From: Amoeboradix gromovi X-113
Lineage: Eukaryota > Fungi > Sanchytriomycota
DNA: 20,354 bases
Assembly (NCBI GenBank): GCA_018985225.1
Contig: JADGIF010000100.1
Span: forward strand, 1-20,354
Direction: 5' to 3'
The notes beneath the pieces are model-generated. The model was not told the DNA's origin, did no database searches, and saw only the letters and a list, made by a program, of their open reading frames with translations. Below, piece after piece: positions 1 to 9,089 of this stretch. A program made the translations under genes and the position numbers. The stretch's first letter is position 1, and every line of letters starts with the position of its first letter.

Positions 1-335
1 TTACTTTGATTTTCTCAACCACTCCAAGGATGTAGCCTTATCAGAAATATAATTACTAGTATTGTCACAAGTATTGAATCAATATTCCTGAGTTTGTAGG
101 TTTCCAAGCATTGTTGTATAGAAACTAGATAGCTTAATTAACATTAGAGTCTTGACAATTATTACGTGATTTCAGGCAGTCCCGTCTGATGATCCGAGGA
201 GGACGATGCGACAGATCTCTGGATAGAACGTCGGTTTGGCGATTTTCTCCACCAGATTGACTCCAATCAACGTAAGAGAGGTTATTTAAAAATATAGACG
301 CTGAGTATAAATATTTAGGATAGCCCGACATTGAG

Positions 336-743
336 ATGATATCAAGATTTATTTATCTATTTCTCCCAGATCAAGGAAGATTTCTCGGCAAAATACTGGG
401 CGGGTTTCCAATAACGACTATAAATTACGCGATGATATATTTCTACAGGACGAGAGGCAAATTTACTTTAGAGTATAACAATTATCATATATTCATTGCT
501 TGCATTGTTTTGGCTGACAAATTTGTCAATGATTATTGCATAAAAAATTTGCATTACGCCGCTAATTGCCATATAAACCTAAATTTCTTAAATTTCTTAG
601 AAGGGTGGGTCATGAGATTTATGGATTATTCATTTCGTGTTCATTCTAGTGAACTAATGGTACTACAGAAAATGTTAACTAAAAAATCACAAATGCTTCG
701 ATCAAATTCCAAGATGTACGACCATGAAATAATAACAATTTGA
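336..743 (+). CDS. Pho80/Pcl-family (cyclin-U-like) cyclin, short 135 aa
   Basis: Cyclin-box pattern 'YHIFIACIVLADKFVNDYCIKNLHYA...LNFLEGWVMRFMDYSFRV' resembles the Pho80/Pcl consensus (lA.Kf..D....N..wA; lN.lE..fL..ldy.l.V). An in-frame TAG at 321-323 lies just upstream of ATG 336. Confidence 0.8.
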   Translation: MISRFIYLFLPDQGRFLGKILGGFPITTINYAMIYFYRTRGKFTLEYNNYHIFIACIVLADKFVNDYCIKNLHYAANCHINLNFLNFLEGWVMRFMDYSFRVHSSELMVLQKMLTKKSQMLRSNSKMYDHEIITI

Positions 744-748
744 ATACA

Positions 749-764
749 TAAATAAATTTATTTA
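749..764. terminator. Palindromic bidirectional poly(A) signal TAAATAAATTTATTTA between convergent cyclin and ARMC4
   Basis: Perfect 16-bp palindrome with AATAAA on both strands; it overlaps the ARMC4 stop codon (758-760). Confidence 0.6.
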
Positions 765-2561
765 ATCGCATGTCTTACATTTCGAACTGTATTAGCAGCT
801 GCAAGCTGCAATTCTGCATCTTGGCTACAAATTAAGTTAAGCAAGATCTCCATCACCTTTATATTTTTAATTTGTAAACAGTTTATCTCTGCGTTAATTT
901 AAAATACTGTCGTTTGATAGTTCTACTAAAGCCTTGGTTGCGAATTTTTTCAACTCCATATCTGGACTGCTTAAACAGTTTATAGCATACTTCAATAACC
1001 CTTGTTCATAAAACTGAATTCTGTTTCTTGATGATTTTGAGCAACAGGCTACCGTCAAACATAATTGCTTTTTCAATTCCAAATCGTCGTATTTTGTCAA
1101 ATTACTCAACAGCCCAATCACTCCCTGATCTGTGATAACCTCGAGATTCTCTTGATCAGCCGAAATGTTGGTTATTGCCCTACAGACGTTAACAAGTACT
1201 GATACGTTATCAGACTTCAACAAGTTTACGATTAATTCTATACCCCCTACAAATGATCTTATCATATCACTTCCACCAGCGATGTTTGCAACACAGGGTC
1301 CAATTGATCTAGGTGCTGCTGCCTGCAGTTTAGGATGCTTTGATTTTAGTAAAGACCACATGTATCTCACACCATCCCGTTCGTATATTATCTTCAATAA
1401 ATCATTATCATATGCGCAAGCACCCAAAACAAGTGTAATCTGTTCAAGTAGCAAAACATTTGTTGTTTTCATCATTGAAATAATCCTGTCCAAAATGTTT
1501 AACGATTTGACGGCTTGCCTACCTTCATTTATTGATGATAGCTCAAAAAGTAAGCTCACAACTGAAACTAAAACCAGATCATTTGTTAGATTAAGGAACG
1601 GAAATATTTTTTCAGGTAGCCTTAATAAGCAGACTTTTAGGGCTGATTCTTTATCTTTTGATATGTTTTTTAATGCTACAAATAACTCTTTTGACATTTC
1701 TAAATTTTCTATATCGATCATCTCTATTAGTTTTTCTAAGGCTTGGTTCTCATTTATTATGAGACGTGATTCGGGGTCGTTTGCACAATTTGCGATAGTC
1801 TTAGTTACGTTTCGTTTCAATTCTGTGTCATTTGAAGAATAAAAGTTTATTATCTTTCTTAATAGTCCATTAGTTCTTAATTGCGTTCGAAACAGTTTAT
1901 TTTCTGAGCAGATAGCCAATATTCCCACCACAAAAGGCATTATTTTGTAATTGCCAGAAATCAGTAATTTATCATAAAACATCATGGAAAGACCTAGCAA
2001 ATACTCACAATTATCTTTATTCTGGCCACAAAGTAAAAGCGTATGTACGGCATACTCCCCAACTTGCTTGTCAAACTTTTCATTTAAAATGTTGACCAAA
2101 GTTTTCAATCCATTTGCCTGACGAAGTTTAAATTGATTTCTTTCATAAGTTACCGCATTCGAGAGTACAGAACAAGTGCTTACAGTTATCTGGTCATTGT
2201 TGTAATCTAAAAGCTTCAGCAATGTATTTACTCCATCATACTGTGATAATAAAATGCACCCTAAAATATTTTCTGTAACTTTTGCCAGTATTGACAAAGA
2301 ACCTAATATGCACCTCTCTTCTTTTGTATTTAACAAGTTCAAAAGAGTCGAAATTCCGTTTGAATGCTTTAAACCTACAAGACATTTATCTTCAGAGAGT
2401 TCAAAGTCTTTTAATGCTGCTAATCCAATAAGGGTAGCTGAGAAATTGCCAGAATTAATAAATTTAATCATTTTTTGCAATTGCCAGTAGTCACTTGGTA
2501 AATTCTCTACATTTTCAATATACTTCAGCTGCTCTGCCTCTACCAAACTATTGATTGGCAT
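758..2561 (-). CDS. ODAD2: Armadillo-repeat outer dynein arm docking complex subunit (ARMC4/ODAD2 orthologue); exons 2561-908 and 888-758, 594 aa
   Basis: 'LPSDYWQLQKMIKFINSGNFSATLIGL' and 'MIRSFVGGIELIVNLLKSDN...ITNISADQENLEVITDQGVIGLLS' match ARMC4 as recalled. Removing the 19-nt intron 889-907 adds 'KINCLQIKNIKVMEILLNLICSQDAELQLAAANTVRNVRHAIK*', which matches the final ARM repeat of ARMC4. The start is placed at ATG 2561 (MPINSL) because the longer ORF-track start overlaps the KDM4 JmjN coding region. Confidence 0.88.
889..907 (-). other. 19-nt spliceosomal intron in ARMC4 (GTATTTTAAATTAACGCAG)
   Basis: GT...CAG ends and an in-frame TAA inside the intron. Removal gives LSND-K-INC, colinear with the conserved ARMC4 C-terminus. 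Confidence 0.88.
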
Positions 2562-2582
2562 TAAACTGTAAACGGAGGAGAA

Positions 2583-4476
2583 ATGACTGAGAAGACTGAC
2601 ACTTCGGAATGTCCCAAAAGTTGTGATTGCAATGTATCCATTGCTCCTGTTGACTATTCTTTCGATATACCGGTGTTCAAACCAAATTTTCAGCAATTCA
2701 AGCATTTTAAGAAATTAATGGAATTTTTGGACAACCATTATGGTCAGTTTTATGGTCTAGTAAAAGTCATACCACCTGATGAATACTATGATAAGTTAGA
2801 GGACCCTGTGGAAAAGCTCAAAGATATAAAAATTAAACACCCCATTGCGCAACAAGTACTTGGCAAATCCGGACTTTATACTATAATGAATTTGGAAGAC
2901 ACCATTGAGTACACAGTAAAGGAATGGTTAGATATATCATTTTCAGAGAGAAGTAAACCTCCATACTATAACAGTACAGAAACCATTTCTGGTAATTTAG
3001 CTGAATCTCTTTCGTCATACCATAAGAAACTGAACTCATTGGATGTTAGTTTGTTAGAGAATAAACCTTACACCAGTTTAGACTTGGATGAGCAACTACT
3101 ATTGGACTTGGAAAAGCAATTTTGGCAGACAATAGCATTTCATCCTGGAATGTATGGTGCTGATTTAAGCGGTAGCTTGATGAACAATAGTGACCTGAAA
3201 TACTGGAATTTGAACAGCTTACCAGACTTATTGAATAAACTAGAAAGCACTATACCCGGTGTCAACACGCCATATCTATATTTTGGAATGTGGAAAGCTG
3301 TTTTTGCTTGGCACTTGGAGGATTGCGATCTATACTCAATAAATTATTTGCATCTCGGTTCTCCCAAATTTTGGTACGTTATACCACCAAGCGAATTAAA
3401 AAAGTTTGAAGCTATTTGTCAACAGTTGTTTGGACAAGAACATCGCAATTGCAGGGAATTCATGAGACACAAAAAACATCTAATGTCACCTACCATACTG
3501 AACAAACATAATATCAAATACTTTAAAACTGTTCAAAATTCTGGTGAATTTATGATCACCTTTCCTTATGCGTACCATGCCGGATTTAACCTAGGATTTA
3601 ATTGCGCCGAAGCTACAAACTTTGCTTTGGAAAGGTGGGCCCAGAGTATTGGAGAATATGCTAAAGCGTGTACATGCATAAATGACAGTGTAGTGTTAGA
3701 TGTCAACTTGTTTAAGAACAAGCCTTTGGCACCTCGTAGAATTAGGTTGAGATTGATGAATGAAATTGAGCTATTGCTAGAAGATAAAGAGGAGTTTGAA
3801 GAGCTAGAGAATGTTAAAATTGTATGTCAGATTTGCCAACGCTGTGATAAAGATGTATGCCCTGTTATACTGTTTGTAAACTACGATAAAACAATTGGGT
3901 ACGCTCATATTGTGTGTGCGATGTTCACAAAGGATGTTGACTTGATAATAAATGAGGAAGAGATATCTAAGCTGGCAAAAAGAAAGAGATTTAGACAGGC
4001 ACCGTTGAATTTATGGGGCTTTGAGCATTTTGTATACTCAATTTTAAAAGACGATACTGACTTTGTTGCCGTTAATGAATGCAGTCTCTGCAGAAGGTTC
4101 ATAGACAAACCAAATGGGATAACTGTCAAATGCCAAAGTGCGAAATGTCAAACTTGGATGCACGCCATCTGTGCTTTTGAACGAGGTAATTTATGTTATC
4201 GAAGTATGGTGGAGTCAAACGCCTTTCTGAAGGAACTACAAAATTTGCCCGTAAGCGATGGTGAGAAAAAGGGCTTGATAATGAGTCTAGATATGCAGCA
4301 GTGGTATATCGATGCTTGTCGATTAGAGCAAAATTTGTCCATTTTTGACTGCTACTGCAGAAAACATGGTGTAGTTGTAATTTATAGTAATATAGGCTCA
4401 GAAATTTACCAAGAGGCAAAATACAATTGTGTTGAAGCAGTCCAAACGGTTCAAAATAGAAAATAAATTAACTTAA
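2583..4476 (+). CDS. KDM4: KDM4/JMJD2-family JmjN-JmjC histone lysine demethylase with C-terminal PHD/ePHD zinc fingers; probable exons 2583-4376 and 4396-4476 (unspliced ORF ends 4466)
   Basis: JmjN 'IPVFKPNFQQFKHF...GLVKVIPP'. JmjC 'GVNTPYLYFGMWKAVFAWHLEDCDLYSINYLHLGSPKFWY' and 'YHAGFNLGFNCAEATNFA' with Fe ligands HxE...H intact. C-terminal 'CQIC..HIVCAMF', 'CSLC..VKCQSAKCQTWMHAICA..YCRKH'. Confidence 0.93.
4377..4395 (+). other. Probable 19-nt intron in KDM4 (GTAATTTATAGTAATATAG)
   Basis: Same length, GTA start, TAA at positions 12-14 and YAG end as the two better-supported introns. Splicing gives a basic tail AQKFTKRQNTIVLKQSKRFKIENKLT*. It is not required by homology; the unspliced frame is also open to 4466. 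Confidence 0.6.
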
Positions 4477-4497
4477 TTTTTAACCCTTGTAAAACAC

Positions 4498-4719
4498 ATG
4501 GTGAAGTTAAACATTCCAGATTTAAAGCCGCTGATGAATAAAAAAGTAAATTGTAGATTGAATGGTAAAAGAATAGTACAAGGGATTGTTAGAGGGTATG
4601 ACCCGTTTATGAATTTAGTACTAGCAGACTGTGTAGAAATTGGGAAAACCAACAAAGACATGGGGATAGTAGTAGTGAGAGGCAACTCAATAATATTACT
4701 AGAAGCTCTTGAACATTAG
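4498..4719 (+). CDS. SNRPG: Small nuclear ribonucleoprotein G (SmG)
   Basis: 'PDLKPLMNKKVNCRLNGKRIVQGIVRGYDPFMNLVLADCVE...GIVVVRGNSIILLEALE' has Sm1/Sm2 motifs with the SmG-type LNG.R.V.G..RG.DPFMNLV and RGNSII.LEALE. Confidence 0.95.
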   Translation: MVKLNIPDLKPLMNKKVNCRLNGKRIVQGIVRGYDPFMNLVLADCVEIGKTNKDMGIVVVRGNSIILLEALEH

Positions 4720-4768
4720 CGGGGCGATGCTTATCAAATTTTAAAAATAAATACCGTTTCCTTAAAAC

Positions 4769-5119
4769 ATGATCATCCGTAGTTCAGCAGAGCGAATTGC
4801 AAAAGATTTGTTAATATATCAAAGCAACAACACATTTGTGCTTTACTTTGGAACCGAAAACGAAAGTGGCAAATCCTGGTGCTCAGACTGTGTGATTGGT
4901 AGTCCGCTAGTACGAACTGCAATTAATAAATACAATTGCATCTTAATAGAAGTGCCTGTCGGAGAGAAAAACAGTTGGAACAGTCCAGATAATGAATTCC
5001 GAAAAGGATTAAAACTTACTGCAATACCGACTTTGGAGCACGTCGTAAGTAAAAAAAGGTTAGTCGAGGATATGGGCAATGTGAATTTATTTATTGAAAA
5101 ACTGGCATGTGACAAATAA
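4769..5119 (+). CDS. TXNDC17: Thioredoxin-domain protein 17 / TRP14 (DUF953 family)
   Basis: 'GKSWCSDCV..SPLV', 'VPVGEKNSWNSPDNEFRK.LKLTAIPTL' match the TRP14 pattern (GKSWCPDCV; VG.K..W..P.N.FR; L.L...PTL). Confidence 0.88.
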   Translation: MIIRSSAERIAKDLLIYQSNNTFVLYFGTENESGKSWCSDCVIGSPLVRTAINKYNCILIEVPVGEKNSWNSPDNEFRKGLKLTAIPTLEHVVSKKRLVEDMGNVNLFIEKLACDK

Positions 5120-5499
5120 ATTTTGGCGTTTTTTATCCATTGGCAACTCTGCAACGGATTAATTAGTTTTCCAATTTTACTACAATGTGTTGATAAACCG
5201 CATCTATCACAAGTTATAAACAATCGATCTTGTGGAAATATACATGGCTGGGTTCGTTTACCTGAGTATTTAGAAGACACTGAATTTGAATTGACAGTGG
5301 TATAGAAACATAGGGTTTAGGTCGAGTCACTATCGGTAAAACCCATTTTTACCAACTACAGATAATGAAAAGTGGTTTGAAATCACTATACTGAACTTGA
5401 TTTTTTGGTATATTCAAATGAGTTTTCAATTTTTAAGATATTATCTAGCGAGAGGCTTGGTTTGGTTGTGTTCTACCTAAGTTAGAATCAATTATAAAC

Positions 5500-5699
5500 G
5501 GAAATGCGTACAAATACAATTGTTTTCAGCAAAGAGATGGTGGTTTTTTGAGCAAAGTTTGGAAGTGTTAGAGAAACTGGGCATTGTAGAACGTGATAGG
5601 GCATATTCTTTGGCTTCATCTTTAGTACTGAGTCCTCAAAAAAATAACAGGTTACTAGTAGATTGACGCATACCAAATAAGAAAATTAGTGAAAATTAA
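5500..5699 (+). mobile_element. Degenerate Ty3/gypsy LTR-retrotransposon reverse transcriptase fragment
   Basis: The frame from 5550 reads EQSLEVLEKLGIVERDRAYSLASSLVLSPQKNNRLLVD*RIPNKK, resembling the gypsy RT N-terminus (L..GII....SPWASP.VLV.KK...RL.VDYR.LN). A stop replaces the Y of VDYR. Confidence 0.6.
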
Positions 5700-6127
5700 A
5701 AGCTGACTCCATTCATGGGCTATTATTTTAAAAGATAATAGCTGAATAACTCGTTAACTTAGATCTGTTTCAAGGATTTACAAAGAGTTACCTTAATGTT
5801 TAATTATTATGTTAGCTCATAGATAATCTAAGTACTACGATCTTAGCATTGGTTCTCTTGATAAGAGAAGAAGAAAAATTTATTGTGACTTTATGACTGC
5901 AATATAAAGTGTTCGATTTATTGCTTGAAACTTTGCGTAGCCACCCCTAGAAACACGGAGTTCAAATGCTGACATGGAATTCTTGATGTGGCTAAATATG
6001 ACAAAACATTCATTCAGTAACTCTAGAGAAAAATTCTGTAAGGTAGATTTTTGGTCCCAAATATGGCTATCAAATAAGGTTAAAGAATTACAATTTGAGA
6101 TTGTATAAAGGTACAGAAGTATCTTAC

Positions 6128-6696
6128 TTGCTGTTAACCTCAGTCGGATCTGGAGAGGTCTAATAAGATTGCGGTAAAGTTGAGCTAGAAGTCACAAGCT
6201 ATCTATTAAGGCGATCGCTCTCTTTTATAGCCAACATTTTGTTCTCATTGGCAGAGCGATGTTAATGAGCTGCTTAATGATTGTATGCCATATCTTGCAA
6301 GTTATGAACTCAACAAGGTTGCTGAGTATCTGTCCGATGAGGGAACTGTTGAGACCCTGTCAGGTCACAGGATTACACAGTCCCTGCTAATATAGTTGTG
6401 GACCTGGAGTTAAATCAGATAAATACCTCATATGTCACAGGAGACCTAGGAGACGAATAAGATGCGATCACTGGTAAGCACCGTGATCGTGGAAAATATA
6501 AATAGGGACAATTCCTTTAGTAAAGACTTATGACTTCCAACTCTACTTCACCTCGAGTTAGCGAAATAGCAATAGATCCGAGTGAGGATCAGAACATTGC
6601 ACATCATGTATAGTTAACTCTGAGCAATGGTAAATCTCTCATTTACATTCGATCACGCTGTTTGTTGACCAAGCAGATAGAGTTATCTTCGCAACA
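6128..6696 (+). repeat. Dispersed repeat copy A (6128-6299 and 6597-6696 match copy B in inverted orientation)
   Basis: Manual alignment to the reverse complement of 16702-16966: 14 mismatches in the ~172-bp first block; the second ~100-bp block is similarly close, with a 2-bp indel. Confidence 0.92.
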
Positions 6697-9089
6697 ACAT
6701 GGACAGAGTCTCTACCTATTGCATGTCTATCATACAGTCTTACTGAGCACACTTTGCTGGAATATGAACCCTTCTCACTATTATTTGCCAAAGATGCAGA
6801 CATACTAAGAACACAAAAACAGATACAGGTGATATCCTTAAGCTATGAGACATTGTGAGGACGCAGGCCATTCTGAGGAGGAAGAAGCGAATAGAGGTTA
6901 TAAACGATGCAAGATTCAACAAATACATCGAAGTCTGTCATACAGTGCTTATTAGGGCAATATATCCCTCCAAACTAGAAAACAGAGTACATGAGAGCAC
7001 ATTTACAGTAATTCCACAAGAAGCCAAGAACATCTTCGAGCTATAAGCAGAGAATAGTAAATTCTTTCGAAGATCCAGAAAGGACATTTATAAGCTATAA
7101 ATAATGCTTAAATAAATGATTAAGTATTCACTTAAAAGTAAATAAAATTTGTTGTTATTTTTTCCAAACAAATTTAGAGCAGATTTCCGGCTATTTAACC
7201 TAAAACTGGCGCTACGTGGCAACCGCGTGCGAGCCCCTGTGTTAGTAGATTGATTCTCCTTACCTGTACAAAGTCTTTTGACAGGTATTATGGTTCGCCC
7301 GTAGGCCTTTGTGCCTAGCACAAGACCCCTCGTATCTGAAACATTTACATATCAAAGCATCCCCACAAATGTCTGAATCATAGCAGCAAATTTCTTGGCT
7401 TTCTTCAACTATAATGGTATTGTGGATGGCAAGATACTTTTGAAGGATAAAACATTTCTTAAATTAACTGTTTTGCCACTGATTTTAGTCAAGTCTCCGT
7501 ATATTGGGATTATTCCACGACTGGACTGATCCCACCACTATGTGTATATATTTATCACAAGTGACTTTTGGGCAATCCTAATCGAATGATATCAAAGCTA
7601 CATGCCAGAGATTGGCCCTTGAACAATGCAGTGGCTCTGTTAGCCCATATAGTTCTGACACAGCATAAACAGCTTGTGAATCTAAGGTTTGTTTCATATG
7701 AGAGTCAAATAACATACTATGACTGATGTGTATAGAACTGCACATTTGAGGAGCATGAGACATCCCATTCTGCATGCTAGTTTACAATAGAACCAATCTA
7801 ATGAGCATGCTTATTAGATAACTATATTGCATAGTCTACAAAAATTCTTACATAATAATAAAATTACTAATCTTTGACAATTTAGCTAATTTTTGTGCTT
7901 TTGTAAGTAAAAAATGTATTGGGCCTAAATGTTTAGCTTTGTCATAGGGGGTTCTCATTTTCACACGTGTCAGTATTTCAACGTGTTAAGTTTGCCGCAT
8001 TATTAAATGAGCTCTAATAATTTTACTCAGACTTATTTACGTTGATATCTAAATGAAACATGAACGAATATGGTTTAAATTTGTCGAGGGTTGCGCCAAT
8101 TGCTAAAATGTATCTTTGTGTAAATTAGCATCGTTATTGTGTAATATTATAACAACGCACTGTTTTAATCATGTTAAATTGGACGAAGTTTATCTATTAC
8201 AATTAGGCGTCAAATAATGTTACACAAAGGCAAAGTCACGGTGGTATAGGTACTTGCAGAAGAAAATATAGCAGGAAAACTGATTTATTAATTCAAATTT
8301 TAAATGCTACTTATCGCACTGCGCCAGTACGTATGAGGTAGTATAGAAAGCCGTGATATTACAAGAAAAGAGCAGCGTGATATTAAAGAACATATGAATT
8401 CGCCATTTTATAGTACATTAAACATTTTTCTCTCTGGCTTATAACGATCATCTAATAATTTAGTTAGCACTAACACTTATCTACAATAAAAGCTACTTTT
8501 TTTGTTTTTGAGTATACATTTGAAATTCTTCACTTGGTACCCCAGCATTTGATAGTGAATCAAGCACAATCCGCTAAATTAGCTTGGGATTCCAGAAAGA
8601 AAGATTTTCATGGCTCATATATTGCTTTGTCTAGTTGGTGCAGTAACTTAAGACATTGGAGGGCCACTTCCAAACTAAACTCAATACCGTGGAAGCGCAA
8701 GTTTGATGGATAACGAAACACGACGTGGTAACAAAAACCGTCCAAGAATTCTGTAAAATACTCTGAATTCAATTATTAGAGTTGTACAGAGCGCTTCTGG
8801 GTGCTTGTCTGTAATTGTATCGAATCTGTCGCTTTTACCTTTTTAATAGCTGAAGAATAGCTTAGGATTTGTTTGTAGCAAAAACGCAAACTACCTCAGT
8901 TATTAGTTTTAAGTAGTAAGTTTTAGCTCTATCACACTGCCATCAATAACGCACTAGATCCATGTGTTGCGTATAATTTTGATCCCTATTTTATCATGCC
9001 TATTGAAAGACGAATCGAACATTCTAAACTCGACTGTGCAAATATCCATTTTCTGGATGTCCCTAATTCCTGAAACTGTGTATTATCCA

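Noticed and set aside
193-297. Plus-frame fragment SEEDDATDLWIERRFGDFLHQIDSNQRKRGYLKI* as the last exon of an upstream gene
   Set aside because: It is preceded by tandem TGA stops with no consensus intron to bypass them, and the family is unrecognised.
305-323. 19-nt GT-AG segment GTATAAATATTTAGGATAG upstream of the cyclin
   Set aside because: It has TAG rather than TAA at positions 12-14, and splicing would place an in-frame TGA (302-304) before the exon. At most a 5' UTR intron, which I cannot support.
1165-2490. Plus-strand ORFs 1165-1842 and 2254-2490 (likewise 3905-4419, 4473-4685, 10926-11213, 11481-11663, 12309-12512, 12851-13242, 15767-15949, 18257-18439, 18699-18935)
   Set aside because: These are antisense or alternate-frame shadows of well-supported genes, with no recognisable motifs.
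2562-2705. N-terminal 48-aa extension of the ARM ORF
   Set aside because: It is mostly antisense to the KDM4 N-terminus/JmjN and shows no ARMC4 similarity.
4843-5280. Minus ORF with a CDRC...HC zinc-finger-like pattern
   Set aside because: It is mostly antisense to TXNDC17, has a non-ATG start, and the ligand spacing does not fit PHD or RING.
5696-5990. Alternative genetic code (TAA/TAG = Gln, as in Amoeboaphelidium protococcarum) to explain stop-riddled frames
   Set aside because: Conserved genes have no internal TAA/TAG after splicing and end on TAA/TAG at expected positions. Stop density in this frame is about what random AT-rich DNA gives. Read-through would not fix the ARMC4 or GT69 frameshifts.
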